NCBI GenBank assembly: GCA_002104945.1
Contig: MCFH01000020.1
Coordinates: forward strand, 756,575 to 820,574
Origin: Piromyces finnis finn
Lineage: Eukaryota; Fungi; Neocallimastigomycota
Reading direction: 5' to 3'
Length of the DNA stretch: 64,000 bases
This document shows positions 42,029 through 55,223 of the stretch, piece by piece (within the stretch, counting starts at the first letter, position 1; the number at the start of each line of letters is the position of its first letter). The notes below the pieces were generated by a model that was not told where the DNA came from, did not search any database, and saw nothing but the letters and a program-made list of their open reading frames with translations. The position numbers were made by a program, and so were the translations under genes.

Positions 42029-42544
42029 AATATCCATAGTTTAATTAAAAAAATAAAATAATATTGTCTTTCATTACATATTACATAATAATGTTTTGTT
42101 ATAAAATTTCTCTGATTTCTTCTTTTTTAATGTTTTTGTTATTTTCAATTGAAAATATAATATTATTTTTAACTTTCAGTAGTTTTTTTTACATATAAAT
42201 AAATACAATATATAATATACATATATTAAAATATATTAACAGAAATTAAAATAATAAAAAATTATAATTCAAATTTAATTACAAAATTTTGGTTATGGTG
42301 GAATGAATTAAATTAATTGATTTTAAATGGAATTAGTTATATAAAATTTTTTTAATATTTTAAAAAATTTAATATTTTTCATTTTGACTTTATTTCAATT
42401 GATTAAAATTAAGTGTACTTATCATGAAGTTAAATAACTAATATTAGTTATTATAAATATCATAATAAATATAATAAAATTAAATACAATATCTAATTTT
42501 ATTTTTATTATAATTATTATTTCAACTTTACATAAAGTTAAAAT

Positions 42545-43451
42545 ATGGCATCATTATATGGTGATTTACCACCACCAGAAACAAAAAGCAAAACAAATAA
42601 TAATGGTAGTTCTTCAACTACTTCAAGTTCGTCAAATAACACACAAAATCAAACTAAAATAAGTAAATTATATAATTTTACACCACAAGTAAAATCAACT
42701 GTAAAATCATTAAAAAAGCCAATTATACCAGGTAAATAAAATTATTAAAATTATATTATCATATATATATAATGCTTGCTATTTTTTATATTTATAATAA
42801 AAATTTAATCATAAATTTAATTTTCATGTTTTTTAAATTATTTCATTTTATTTATATTATTATTTCAAATATATATAAAAATTATTTATAAATAAATATA
42901 AATAAATAAAAATAAAATAAAATAAAATAAAAAAAGCGAGTTGGACCACTGCAACTCAATTTAAACCTACACAAAGAAAGCCAATAACTAAACCAAAAAC
43001 AATAATTAAATCTTCAACACCAACCTCAACAATATCAATAAAACAGAATAATAATTCCAATGAAAACATACCTATACCTACCATTATATCTACTGAAATT
43101 ATTACAAAAAAAAAGGATACTTTTATTGATAATAGTGTAATAGAAGCTAAACAGAATAGTTGGTTACAATCATCAGTTACTTCAAAAAAGGTTAATATTA
43201 TATTTAAAGTTTTATAAATATTGAGAAATTGAGAAGAAATGAAAAATAGAAAAAGAAAGATAGAAACATAGATTTATATTTAATATGCATTTTCAATTTT
43301 CAATATATGTTTAATTTTAAGTTACACTTTGTAGAAATAGATTTTATCTTTAGTTAAGATTATTGTAAAAGAAAAAAGAAAATTAAAAAAAAAGGAGTTT
43401 ATTCTTTATATTCAAATAAAATATTCTTTTATTATCATTATCATAATTTAA

Positions 43452-43485
<34 letters not shown>

Positions 43486-44497
43486 CAAAATGCTGTGCAA
43501 AATAATAAGAAATCAGTTGGTATGGAAGACGTATATGATCCAAAATTCCCAAATGAATATGAAGTATATAAAAAAGAAAAAAAAATGAAAAAGCGAATGG
43601 AAAAGGAAAGACGAGAAATGGAAAGGCAAATGGAAAAAGAAAGACGTCATAATCATCATCATCATAGTCATCATAGTAAATATTTTTGTTTAATAATTAT
43701 TTTTAATTTCATATTAAACAGAAAATAAATGTTTATACTAAATAATCAACATATACAATATAAAATTATAATAGACTCACCGCCTTCACAACCTATACCA
43801 CAACCTGTTATACAACAAGCACCAAATGTACAAAATAAAGATATATCAGGAGAAGAAGCTTACTTGATGAGAGCTCGCTTATCAGCAAAACCTGTTCAAC
43901 CCACACCAAGTAAATATAAATATTACAAATAATGGTGTTTTGAAAAAATATATTAATAGATAATTTATTAATAAAAAAAATATGATATATTTCACAGTGG
44001 CTCAACCAAATATTATACCAAGTAGAGTTGTTTTATTAACAAATTTAGTTGGTGCAGGAGAAGTAGATGATACCTTACAAGAGGAAACAGCTGAAGAATG
44101 TCAAAAATACGGAGGTTAGAGAAATTGCTATATATAATGAAAATAGTTGACAATCATATATTAACGATTATAAAATTTCTTTATATCTGACATAAATATA
44201 TATAGAGGTTAAAACATGTTTAATTTATGAAGTTAAGGGTAATGTACAAGATGATGAAGCTGTAAGAATATTTATTAAATTTGGAAAAATAGAAGAAGCT
44301 GCAAAAGGTAATGATAATAATTTTTATATTCAAAATTTATAAATATATTAATTAAAACCATTTGTTGATAATGAATAAAATTAGCTTTTGGAGCATTAAA
44401 CGGTCGTTTCTTTGGTGGACGCAAAGTTAAAGCTAAATATTTTGATGAAAATAGATTTTCTAAACTAGATTTGGCACCAAAACCAGGAGAGATTTAA
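42545..44497 (+). CDS. SPF45: Splicing factor 45 (RBM17/DRT111-like) with C-terminal UHM
   Basis: Seven exons. MASLYGDLPPP start, SPF45 motif YDPKFPNEYE, SGEEAYLMRARLS, and UHM VVLLTNLVGAGEVDDTLQEETAEECQKYG...LNGRFFGGRKV. Confidence 0.9.
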
Positions 44498-45040
44498 ATA
44501 TAATCAAAAATAATAGTTGAAATTAATAATACTATTTCTACACCTAAAACTTTGAGAAAAACCATGAAATAAAATAATTGTAGTTTTCTTTTGTATTTTG
44601 ATATTTTAATATATTTTTATCAATAAAATTTATCATATTAATAAAAATTATAAAACAACATATTATGTTATTATAATTCATTTGAAATTTTATGTTTATT
44701 TAATTTTATTGATATTCTAGAATTAAATTGAATAAAAAAATAAAAAAATAAAATAAAATAAAATAATAAAATAATAAAAAAAATATTAATAAAAATAAAT
44801 ATTAATAATAATAATAATATATATATTGTTTATAAAAAAAAAATGGAATTATTAAATAGTAAGTTATAAAAGAAATAGAAACAGAAATGGAATAAAAAAA
44901 AAAAGTAAATGAAAATTAACTATAAAAGTGTAATAAAATAAAATAATTCCTAAAAACTATAATTATAGTTTTTAGGAATTATTTAATATTTTCATTTCCA
45001 AAAATATAAAAACTACTTAATCTAATTAAATTATTACTGT

Positions 45041-46509
45041 TTAATTGGATATTTTTAAAGTTTTGCGAGATGATTTTTGTGTTGATGATGAGAAAAGGGA
45101 AGTGTTATCATTGGTACCAATAGATTTAGAATTTTTTGATTCAATAACTTCTTCTGCATTTGAGGCCTCTATATGACTACTTTCATTGATATGGCTTGAT
45201 GTCTTTGATTTATTAACTTCAGATGAGGCATAATATTTTTTGATTCTGCCATCATAGTCATCTATCTTTTTAATTTCCATTGGGGCATCATCTATTGATT
45301 CATTGTTTAAATTCATTTCAAAATCTTCATCATCCATGACTCTCTTTAATGCATTAGAATACATCTTTGAACTCTGGGTGTTTTCATTAGCTTGTTTTGA
45401 TATTAAAGGTATTTGTTTTAAATTTTCTAATAACAAATATAATAATAACAATCTATTTTAGTAAAATATAATAATAATATAAAAATTATAAACTAATAAA
45501 TAAAATACCTTTAATTTCTTTATTTTGTTTTAAAGAAAATGGTGATAAATTATTTAATACTGAGTTTGTGTAATTTGGTTGATTAATTTCAGAATTAGCT
45601 ACGCTCTCATCGATTTCATCACTAAAATTATTATATATATAAATATAAAAAATTAAATAATTATTTCATAAAATAAAATAAATATATATATTTATCCACA
45701 AATAAATAAAATAAAAAAAATAAAAAATTGAATGAATAAAAATTATGAAGACATACATAATTAAATTTGTTTCTGAAATTGATGGCGGTAAAATGAATGG
45801 ACCTGATTGAGAACTTTTAGTTGAACCTGATAACATTTGACTCTTTAATGCCTTTAATAATAATTTTTCATCATATTCGCTTGCATCATGAATTAAACTT
45901 GATGCAGAAAGTGGTACTGGATTTTCTTTTTATAAGTAAATTATAATAATTTATACAAATTTAACAAAATTCAATAATAGTTTTTTCAAAAATAAAAATT
46001 AATTAAATAATTAAAAATTATTAAACTTTTATTTTTGTTTATTTATTTTATTATACTACCTTTCTCAGTAGGAATTGGAACATCACTATTATTATTATCA
46101 ATATCCATTGCATCATCATTTAATGAATTATTCAATTTCTCTTCTTTTTCAATTTCTAACATAGTACGTTGGACCTTTGGTAACAAAAGTTTTAAATTTT
46201 GAATAAGAGCTTCTCTTTCTTCTTGGTGAGTATCATTAATGAAAATTCCAGATGCTTTATTTTCTTCATAGAGCTTTATAGCTTCAATATATTTACCATG
46301 ATATATGTAATACATTAATAAAAAGTCTCTACATAACTTTTTATTTGATTCCTTTGTATATCTTACTAATTGTGCCTCTTCTTCTTTATTATATGGAAAT
46401 TTACGAATCTTATTTATTAAAGAACTATTTGGTATTTCTAGAATTTTAATTCAGAATAGGTTTTATAATTATAAAAATTAATATGATATTAAATATTTTA
46501 TAAATCATA

Positions 46510-46540
<31 letters not shown>

Positions 46541-48035
46541 TTTGATAATATATATATATATAAGGATAATGACACCAACCTTCTTCAAAACAATATTTTA
46601 AAAAGAATGTAAATAAATTAGATCCTTCTTTATTCTTGAAATAATTATATCTTCTCTATAAATAATTATTTTTTAATGAAAAACATTAAACATTAATGGT
46701 TTTATTATATAACTAAATAATTTATAAGATATAAAAAATATATATAATAAATTACTTGGAATAAGAAAGCATCTAAAATATTTGTCTTTAAATAAAGTTT
46801 CATTTGAAGCTCAATACCAATATCGGAAGTTATTGATGTTTTAGTGATTTGAATAAAACGACATGCTTCGTTATAATACTTTTGATCAAATAAGAGTTGA
46901 ATAATTTTTTCTGGCCAATCAATTTCAATTAATGGATTCCATAAATAATTAAATGCTTCCTGTTATATATTTGAAATAATAGAGTATTTAGAAAAAAAAA
47001 AATAAGTTCATACATGATTTTTTTATTAATAATAAAAGCATAAACATACTTTTATGTTTTGATGATCTAAAGCCCAGTAACCATTGATAGCAATTAAATA
47101 CTGTGGCAAAATAGACCATTGTTGAGCATATTCTTCATAATTGCAATTTAAATCTTTTAATACATAGTATATCTACAGTTTAAAAAAAATATTAACATTA
47201 ATATTATAAGATAATTTGTAATAGTTGTTAAATATTAGTGCATACAATGCAATGGCCAGTAATATGATATGTATCATTTTTAAATAATTGATTTTGAACT
47301 TCTTTTAAATCATCATAAGTATTAAATGGATATCTTACATCTACGTTTATATATAAAAAAATTAGTTATATTAGGATATTAATATTATCATTTTTAGATA
47401 CATTTAAATATAAATTTACCTATATCCATTGTTTCTAATAATAATTCAATAAATAATTTAGAATCATGCATTTTTTCTCTTACAATATTAATTGAATTTT
47501 TTTGTTCTTCAGTATATAAGGATGGAGCTTCTCTTAATTCTTGTGGTATATTTGCCCTTGGTATCTATTTTTTAATATTATATTATTATTTATTATTCAT
47601 TTTTATGTTTCAATTTTATTTACTAAAATTCTTATTTTTAAATTATTTAAAACAATTTATTAACTTTATATTATCTTTACTTTTAAACTAGCAGTTTGAG
47701 AATATTCATCATCTGTATAACCAATATATTTAGTTAAATATAATACATCACAGCAGATTCCATTAGAATATGAATTAATATCCTATTTAAATATAAATAC
47801 ATATAAAGGTAAATACAAAATTAACATGTTTGTTTCTTTATTTAATAATTCATAATTTTAAACATTAATTACCAAGACTCTTAATGATACAGCAGTTGTT
47901 GCTGGTGTAAAGTATGTTTGAGTAATATCAATTTCAGAAACTTCTCTCATAATTTCTATAGATATAACCTTTAATACAGTTTTTGATTTATGAATATAAA
48001 CAATATATAAAAATAATTCATCTTTTACATAATGA

Positions 48036-48066
<31 letters not shown>

Positions 48067-49947
48067 TAAAATAAAATTAGGTAAATGATTTACTAAATAT
48101 GATGATCAAATATTTTTATATATTTATTCATAATCATACTTACTTGATGATAATGAAACACTTTCAATCTTCCCTGGTGTGTTTGGAAAATCAATACTTG
48201 AAATAGTTTCATCCGTTAAATTTAAAACACTTACATAAATACTTTTATTTCATAATGTTGTCAACATATATATATGTGTGTGAATTTTTTATATATTAGA
48301 AATCTTTCTTTTCTTTAATAATATAAAAATAATAAAAAAAAAATTACTTTCTAGAATAATCAAATTCTGTATAAGAACCACTAGCAACAAAAAGTTTCTT
48401 ATTTTTATATATAATTGAACAAACTGAGGCTTTAATATATAAATTAAAATACAAAAAAAATATATATTAATAAATTTATATTTTTATATGTAACATTAAT
48501 AATATCAACTTACATAAAATATCAGATGTAGAATATTCTTTATTCATTTCTAATGATGTATTTAATTCATTATCAACAACAAGATAGTAAGAAATGATTT
48601 TTCCTTGAGTAAATCCAGCAAATAAAATTGGATGATTTTCTTCAATGCAAGTTTCTAATGCAGAAATCTTTATTTTAATTAAACAAAAATATTTAATAAA
48701 ATTATATTGAAATTTATTTAAATTTTAATTTTAATTTTTTTTTTTTTAATATTACATTTCCATTTTCTTCATCAATTTTATAGAAAGACCAAGAATTCTA
48801 TTAATTTTATATAATTTTGAATTAATTAAATTTCATTTGCTTGACTTTTTTTCTATATGATAAAAAATACCTTTTCTAAAATAATTGAATTGCTTCTAAT
48901 TCTTCTTGGAATTTGTAATAAATCTGAAACAATTTCATTTGAAGATGTACTCATAATAATAAAATGGTACATAATATCTGAGCTTTCAATACCATTCTAT
49001 ATTTAATTAAAAATACAAGTATAATGATTTTAATTTTAAAGATTTTTAAATCATTTCTTTTTAAATTTTCATTATTTTAAAGCTTTATTCGATATTAAAT
49101 ATAGTTAATTACAATATCAAAAGAGTCCGAAACTTTGAGTTTAGTGATTTTAGCATTAAATGTATTTCCAACTTTAACTGTGATTTTTATTAATGGATCA
49201 AAAATAAATAATTCTGAATTTTGATTATTATCTTCCACACATACAACTAAAAGATATTTATTTCCTGATAAAACGACGGTAACTTGAGTAAATGATTTCT
49301 GTTTGTAGTTCCATTATGATTTATCCAAAAAGGAATTATATTACATTTATATATAAATAAGTATTTAACAAAAGAAAAAAAAATAACATTAGCATTACTT
49401 ATTACAATATATTATTAACTAATTTAAAATGTAAATTGATTATTTCATTCAATTTCCTTTTCTTTTTATTGTTATCGTTGTTGTTTCATATTAAAAGTAA
49501 AAAATATATTATTATGAGATTTCTTCTTTATTTTGAAAATACTATTTTTTAAATTTAAGTGTATTATATTTTAAATTATATAAATAATATTCAATGCTTT
49601 TTAAAAAATTGCTTTTGAATTCATTTTAAGTTTATTGTAATATTTCTTTGGTGGTTTATTCAACATATAAATAATTTATTAAAGCTTCGTAATATAGCTA
49701 TTATATATATTAATTGATTATTAATATTTTTACATCACTTTACATTTTGATGATAATTTTGTAAATTTTCAATTGGTAAAAAAGCCATAACTTCTGAGGA
49801 ACGAAGATCTCTTATTTCAATAAAAGTCGAATCCCATCTATAGCACCAATCTGCATCATTAGATTTATTGAATCCTCCATCATGTTCGCATTTTGGATCA
49901 AATATATGCTTTATTGTTTTAAATTCATTAACATCTGCTTCTATCAT
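45041..49947 (-). CDS. ELYS: Nucleoporin ELYS/Ely5-like
   Basis: Multi-exon gene. ELYS-domain-like segment YAQQWSILPQYLIAINGYWALDHQKH..EAFNYLWNPLIEIDWPEKIIQLLFDQKYYNEACRFI...LKTNILDASYFQ, followed by DFLLMYYIYHGKYIEAIKLYE. Start codon is tentative because an AG acceptor lies just upstream. Confidence 0.7.
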
Positions 49948-50355
49948 CTTGATATATTGCTATTTTATAAAATAACTATATATAGCTTATCTATACAAAA
50001 TGATAAATATATTTAAAAATATGAAAAAAAAAAAAAAAAAAATAAAAATATATAAAAAAAATTTTAAATAAATCAAAAAAATTTTATTATATAATAAATT
50101 TTTATATAGTAGTAAAAATATTAATAATTCCAGTAAGATTTTTAAATTTTATTATTTTATATTTCAATTATTAATTTTTACAATTATTTATAATATAATA
50201 GATACACCTATTAAATATGTTAAAATATAAATGTTTAAATTTTACTATATATGATAGTTTTTTTTTTTTTTTTTATTACTTATTTTTTTTTTATTATTAA
50301 ATAATAGTTAATATTAAAATATATATATTGAAAATCAGTAAATTTATTATATTTG

Positions 50356-53300
50356 TTAAGTTGATTTCATTAACTTTTTAAGTTCTTCTTTTGTATCTTT
50401 TTGTTCTTGTCGAAGAGATTCAGGTAAGAAATTTATAATAGAAACAAGGCGTTCTTTTTCCTTACTAAGATAATTAGTAATGTATTCTAAACGTTTGTTT
50501 CTTTCTTCCATTTTTTGCACATATCCATATTTAACATCATCATAAATACGATTTGACCTTCTTTTAATAGTATTATTTTCAATATTTTCTAACCTTTCTC
50601 TCTTTAATAATTCATCCATTTCAAGATAACGTGACTTCATGTTCTCTTTAATCAATACTTCCTGAGTTATAATATCTTTAGTGAACTTTAAGTTTTTAAT
50701 TAACCAATCGTTTTCTTTCACCTTTTTAACATAGTCATTCTTATAAAATTCAGTGTTTTCTTCTAATTCATTTATTTTTTTGGTATATTTTAATATTTCA
50801 TCATGTTTTTCCTTAACATAAGCATCATGCTCATCCTTTAGTTTAGTTAGTTCTCCTAATACATCATTAATTTTCATATTTAAAGAATTATATTTTCTTT
50901 GTGAATCGTCTTTCTCACTCTCAAGTATCTTAATTTGAGATTCATAATTTTCTATTTCTTGTTCCTTTTGTTTTATTGTATTTTCTAAATTAATATTTTG
51001 CTCCTTGATTTCCTCATAATCTTCTGGATAAATTTCATTATTACTATTCTGAAGTTGCTCCTGAACTTCCTTTTCAATAATTTCTTCAATCTTTTGCTTT
51101 TCTTTTTGAATTTGAATTTCTTTCTCTTCAAAAATATGTTCCTTTTCTTCAATAATTTTCTCATATTTTTCCTTCATATTTTTAATTTGTTCACTATTTT
51201 CACTATTTTTTAATTTAAGAAGATTATATTCTTCTGTTTTTTTATTATTTTTTTCTTTCAATATTTTGATTATTTCTAATAACTGTTTTTTTTCTTTTAC
51301 TTCTGCTGCTTTTCCTTGATTATTTTTACGTATATAATCATTGAAAGACTTCTTCAAATCAGAATTCATTTTTTTTATAGTAGTATAATCAATACTCATT
51401 TTAGCATTGTTAACAATATCTTTAGCATGTTGAGCCACTAAAATAGCAGCTTGATTCTCTAATTTGGTAATTTTTTCACTGAAATTTTTTATAGCTTCAC
51501 GATCATCTTCTATTTTTTCTTTGTATTTTTTAATTTCAGTCATATATGCCTTAATCTCTTTAGTATATTTTTCACGTTGTGCAATTAAAGTTTCATCTAA
51601 TTTATTTTTTTCCGATGTTATTCTTTGAAGATCTAAACGTTCTCTATCTCTTTCAATCAACAATACTTTAATATTATTTTTTTTATCTAATAATTCTGTT
51701 CTAAGATCAGAAATTTCTTTTTCATTAATTTCATTATCACTTTGATGTTGTTTTTGTTCTCTTAATAAAGAAGTTTCAAGAGATTCTTTTTGTCTTTTTA
51801 GTTGACTGTATCTTTCTAATTCTTTATTATATTTATCCTGAAGAATTTCTAGATCGTTTTTTACAGAAATAATTTTCCCATCTGACTCATACTTAGCTTT
51901 CTTCCAATAAATAATATCTTTACTTTGTTCATTACATTGAATTACTAATTGACTTAATTCAAATTCCAAGTCTTTGATTGCATTTACTTTTGTTTTTAAA
52001 ATATTTTCACAAATCGTGTAGTTTTTTGATATTTTTTTCATTGAATTTCTTAAAATATCATTCTTTTCTTGTAAAATTTTTGTACCATTTTTTGCTTCAT
52101 CTTGTAAAATACAAATTGTTGCATTTAAATCTAAACATTCTTTATAAGTGTTCTTAAGTTTTTCTTTTACTGAAATAAGTTCATTTTGTAATTGAATAAT
52201 TTGAGAATCTCTTTCTCTTGCTTTTTCTTTTTCACTTTCCAAAATATAGGTTGTCTAAATCATCATTATTAAATAAAAAATAGTAATAAATATTTTTAAT
52301 TAAATTTCTAAGCTATTACAATATTGAGAATAATATATTATTATATATTATTATTACCTTTGATAGTTTTGATTCTGAATTAATTAAAAATGCCAAAAGA
52401 CTAGAAAGCTCAACTTTTAAAAGTCTAATATAATCCTTTAAGCGTTCACTTTGCAATTCTTGCCATTCTTCTGCAAAGATATAATATTTCATTGATTTTT
52501 TCAAAGCGCTTTCTAAAGAACCCGAAGTAATAATTTCATCTCTGTAACCTTTTTTTAATTCATAATATTGATCTTTAATCATATTATTTTCTTTTTTTTT
52601 TAATGCTATATACGATTTAGCTAATGCTCCTGAAAATACACCACCATGTTTAAACCCGCTTAAACCTAATTCCCCAATAATACCATTCCGATATCCACCC
52701 TCATTATCCATTTTTTCATTTTCATCCTCACGTTGTCGTTTTTCCCTAATAACTCTATGAACAGAATCATTATAATACGGACAATTTGGTAAATCTAAGG
52801 TATAGAGTTGATTTTTTGACTTTAATATTCTTCCCTCTTTTATAGTTTCTTTTAAAATTGTATTGGAATATTTATCAATCGTTTCGTCTATTGATGATTT
52901 TTTTAATTTTCTATTATTTGAACTGTTAAAAGTTGAGGGTTGAATATTTCCATTATGCTGAGTAGTTGGTTTTGTTATTGAGTTTAAATTATGATTTTGA
53001 TTAGACATTGGCTGTGGTTGTGTCTGTGGATGTAAACTATTTTCAGGAATGACTGAAATATTAACAGAGGAAATAGAAGAAGGGATAGGATTGGCAATTG
53101 ATGATACCGGTGCATTAATAGATGAATTAGATATACCTAATATTGATTTTTCATAGTTACAATCATTACTGGAAATCTGTTTTTGCTCTTGAACATAATC
53201 TTGATTTATTACTTGATTTTGTGTATAAATTTGTCCTTGAGTTTTATTTTTCGACTTTTTGCCTTTCTCTTTTTCCCATACTCTAAGTTCAGCCTGAGTA

Positions 53301-54100
53301 AATGGATTTGCTTTTTTATCATAATATTCAAAGTACGGGGGGCAAGTTAGGTATTTTCCTAATTTATTTTCATTACAAGAATTTAAAGCAGGATAAATGT
53401 ATTCCTTATGATCTAAGCAATGTGTATATATTTTTAAAAGTTGTTCCTGGCATTCCGGACATATATGTTCATTAATCATTGTTTTGACATGACCAATTGA
53501 ATTTGAGCTATCAGCCGAAGAAGGCCTAGAATTAGAATTAGCACACATTTCATTTGTGGTAAAAACATGAACTCGTTGAATTGAAGGATGTAAATTTGAA
53601 TTATTTAAATTTAGATTTTCAATATTGTCATCTTTCATTAAGTCAAATTTATTAAAGACCATATCATTATATTGTTTTTCTAATGGAGATTCTTCATGAC
53701 CCTCCAAGTGAAAAGGATTGCTATTATTAGTCATTTTTTTAACATCCATAGTTTTAATGAGTCCATGCTTTAAATAATCTTCAGAATTTTCGGTGTTACT
53801 TTTATTAGATTCTTTATTACTTTTTAATATTGGATCATGGGTATGATTCTCATTTTGTATATGAGGATGGATATCATTTTCTGTTATATTAGAAGTATTT
53901 TCTGTATTACTCTCTTTAGAATTCGATGGATTATTCACAATTTTATTTCCTAATTCTGTAATAAGTTCGTCAATTGTCTTATCATTAGTACAATATATAG
54001 ATTGTTCTTGAAAATCACTTTCATTTGGTAATGGTTGATTATATATATTAGAATAAGCAGATGTATCTAGAGCATTTGTATTTAACGATTGTGCCAACAT
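50356..54100 (-). CDS. Uncharacterised ~1200-aa protein: low-complexity N-terminal half, long coiled-coil C-terminal half
   Basis: ORFs 52316..54100 and 50356..52242 join in frame through a GT-AG intron at 52255-52357 (KLSK|TTYILESEK). No family recognised. Confidence 0.75.
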
Positions 54101-55223
54101 TTTATATATTTATATTCTTTTTTACAACTTTGCTAATTTTATAAATTTCATTAGTAATTGTTTAATAAAATTTTATATATTTAATATATAATTCAGTAGA
54201 ATCTTCCAATTATAAAATTATTTATTGTATATAAAAATTTAAAGCAATTTAATCCACACTAATATATTATTTATAATTATTTTATTTTGTATTATTCTTC
54301 TTCTAATGTAAATTGGTTCTACTTAATTATACATATGAACCTTTATATTAATATAATAACTATTTTAACTTCTTCAAGCACTATATACTAACTTTAAAAA
54401 AAAAGTATATTTTTTTTTCAATACCTTAATATTAATTTATTTATATTATAAATTAAGTAATAATTTTAAAAACCATAAAAATATACTAAAGTAGAAATTT
54501 TAATAAAAATTAAAGATAATTAATATTTAATACTTTAATAAAATAAAAAATATTTTTAATAAATGTATTATTGTATTGAATATCAAAGGACCCCGTAGTA
54601 ATTTTGTTTTAATTTTATATTAATATTATTAAAAAAGTTTTATTCTTTATTTTAATTTCATGGGAAAAGTATATATATAATTTCATAAAATAAAAAATTT
54701 CCGAGTTTTTTTTTTCTTTTTTTTTAATTATTATTATTATTATTTTAATTATAATTTTTATAGTTTGTTGATTTAATTTACCACCACTTTATTATTACCT
54801 TCGATTATAATCATTTTTTATAATACTATTATTACATTTTAGTCCTTTTATCGTTATATTACTATATAGAAAATAGAAAAAATGTTTATGATAAACAATT
54901 GTTCTAATCTCCTTTCATAACATTATATTTATTTATAAAAATAAGCAATATATATTTTATAATGTAACAATATTGATTTAATATTCCTATATTTAAAATT
55001 ATTTAATTAACTTCATTACACAATAAAAAATTTAAAAATTAATACAGTTTTTAATTTTTTTTTTAAAAAAAAATTAAAATAAAAATAAAAAACATTTCAA
55101 ATTAAATTATTCTAAATTCAAAATTTCATAAATGAATTAATTATGAATTATAAACGTTATTAATATAATAATAAATAAAATAAAAAATATAAAATCATAT
55201 ATTATAATAAAACTTCATCAAAG

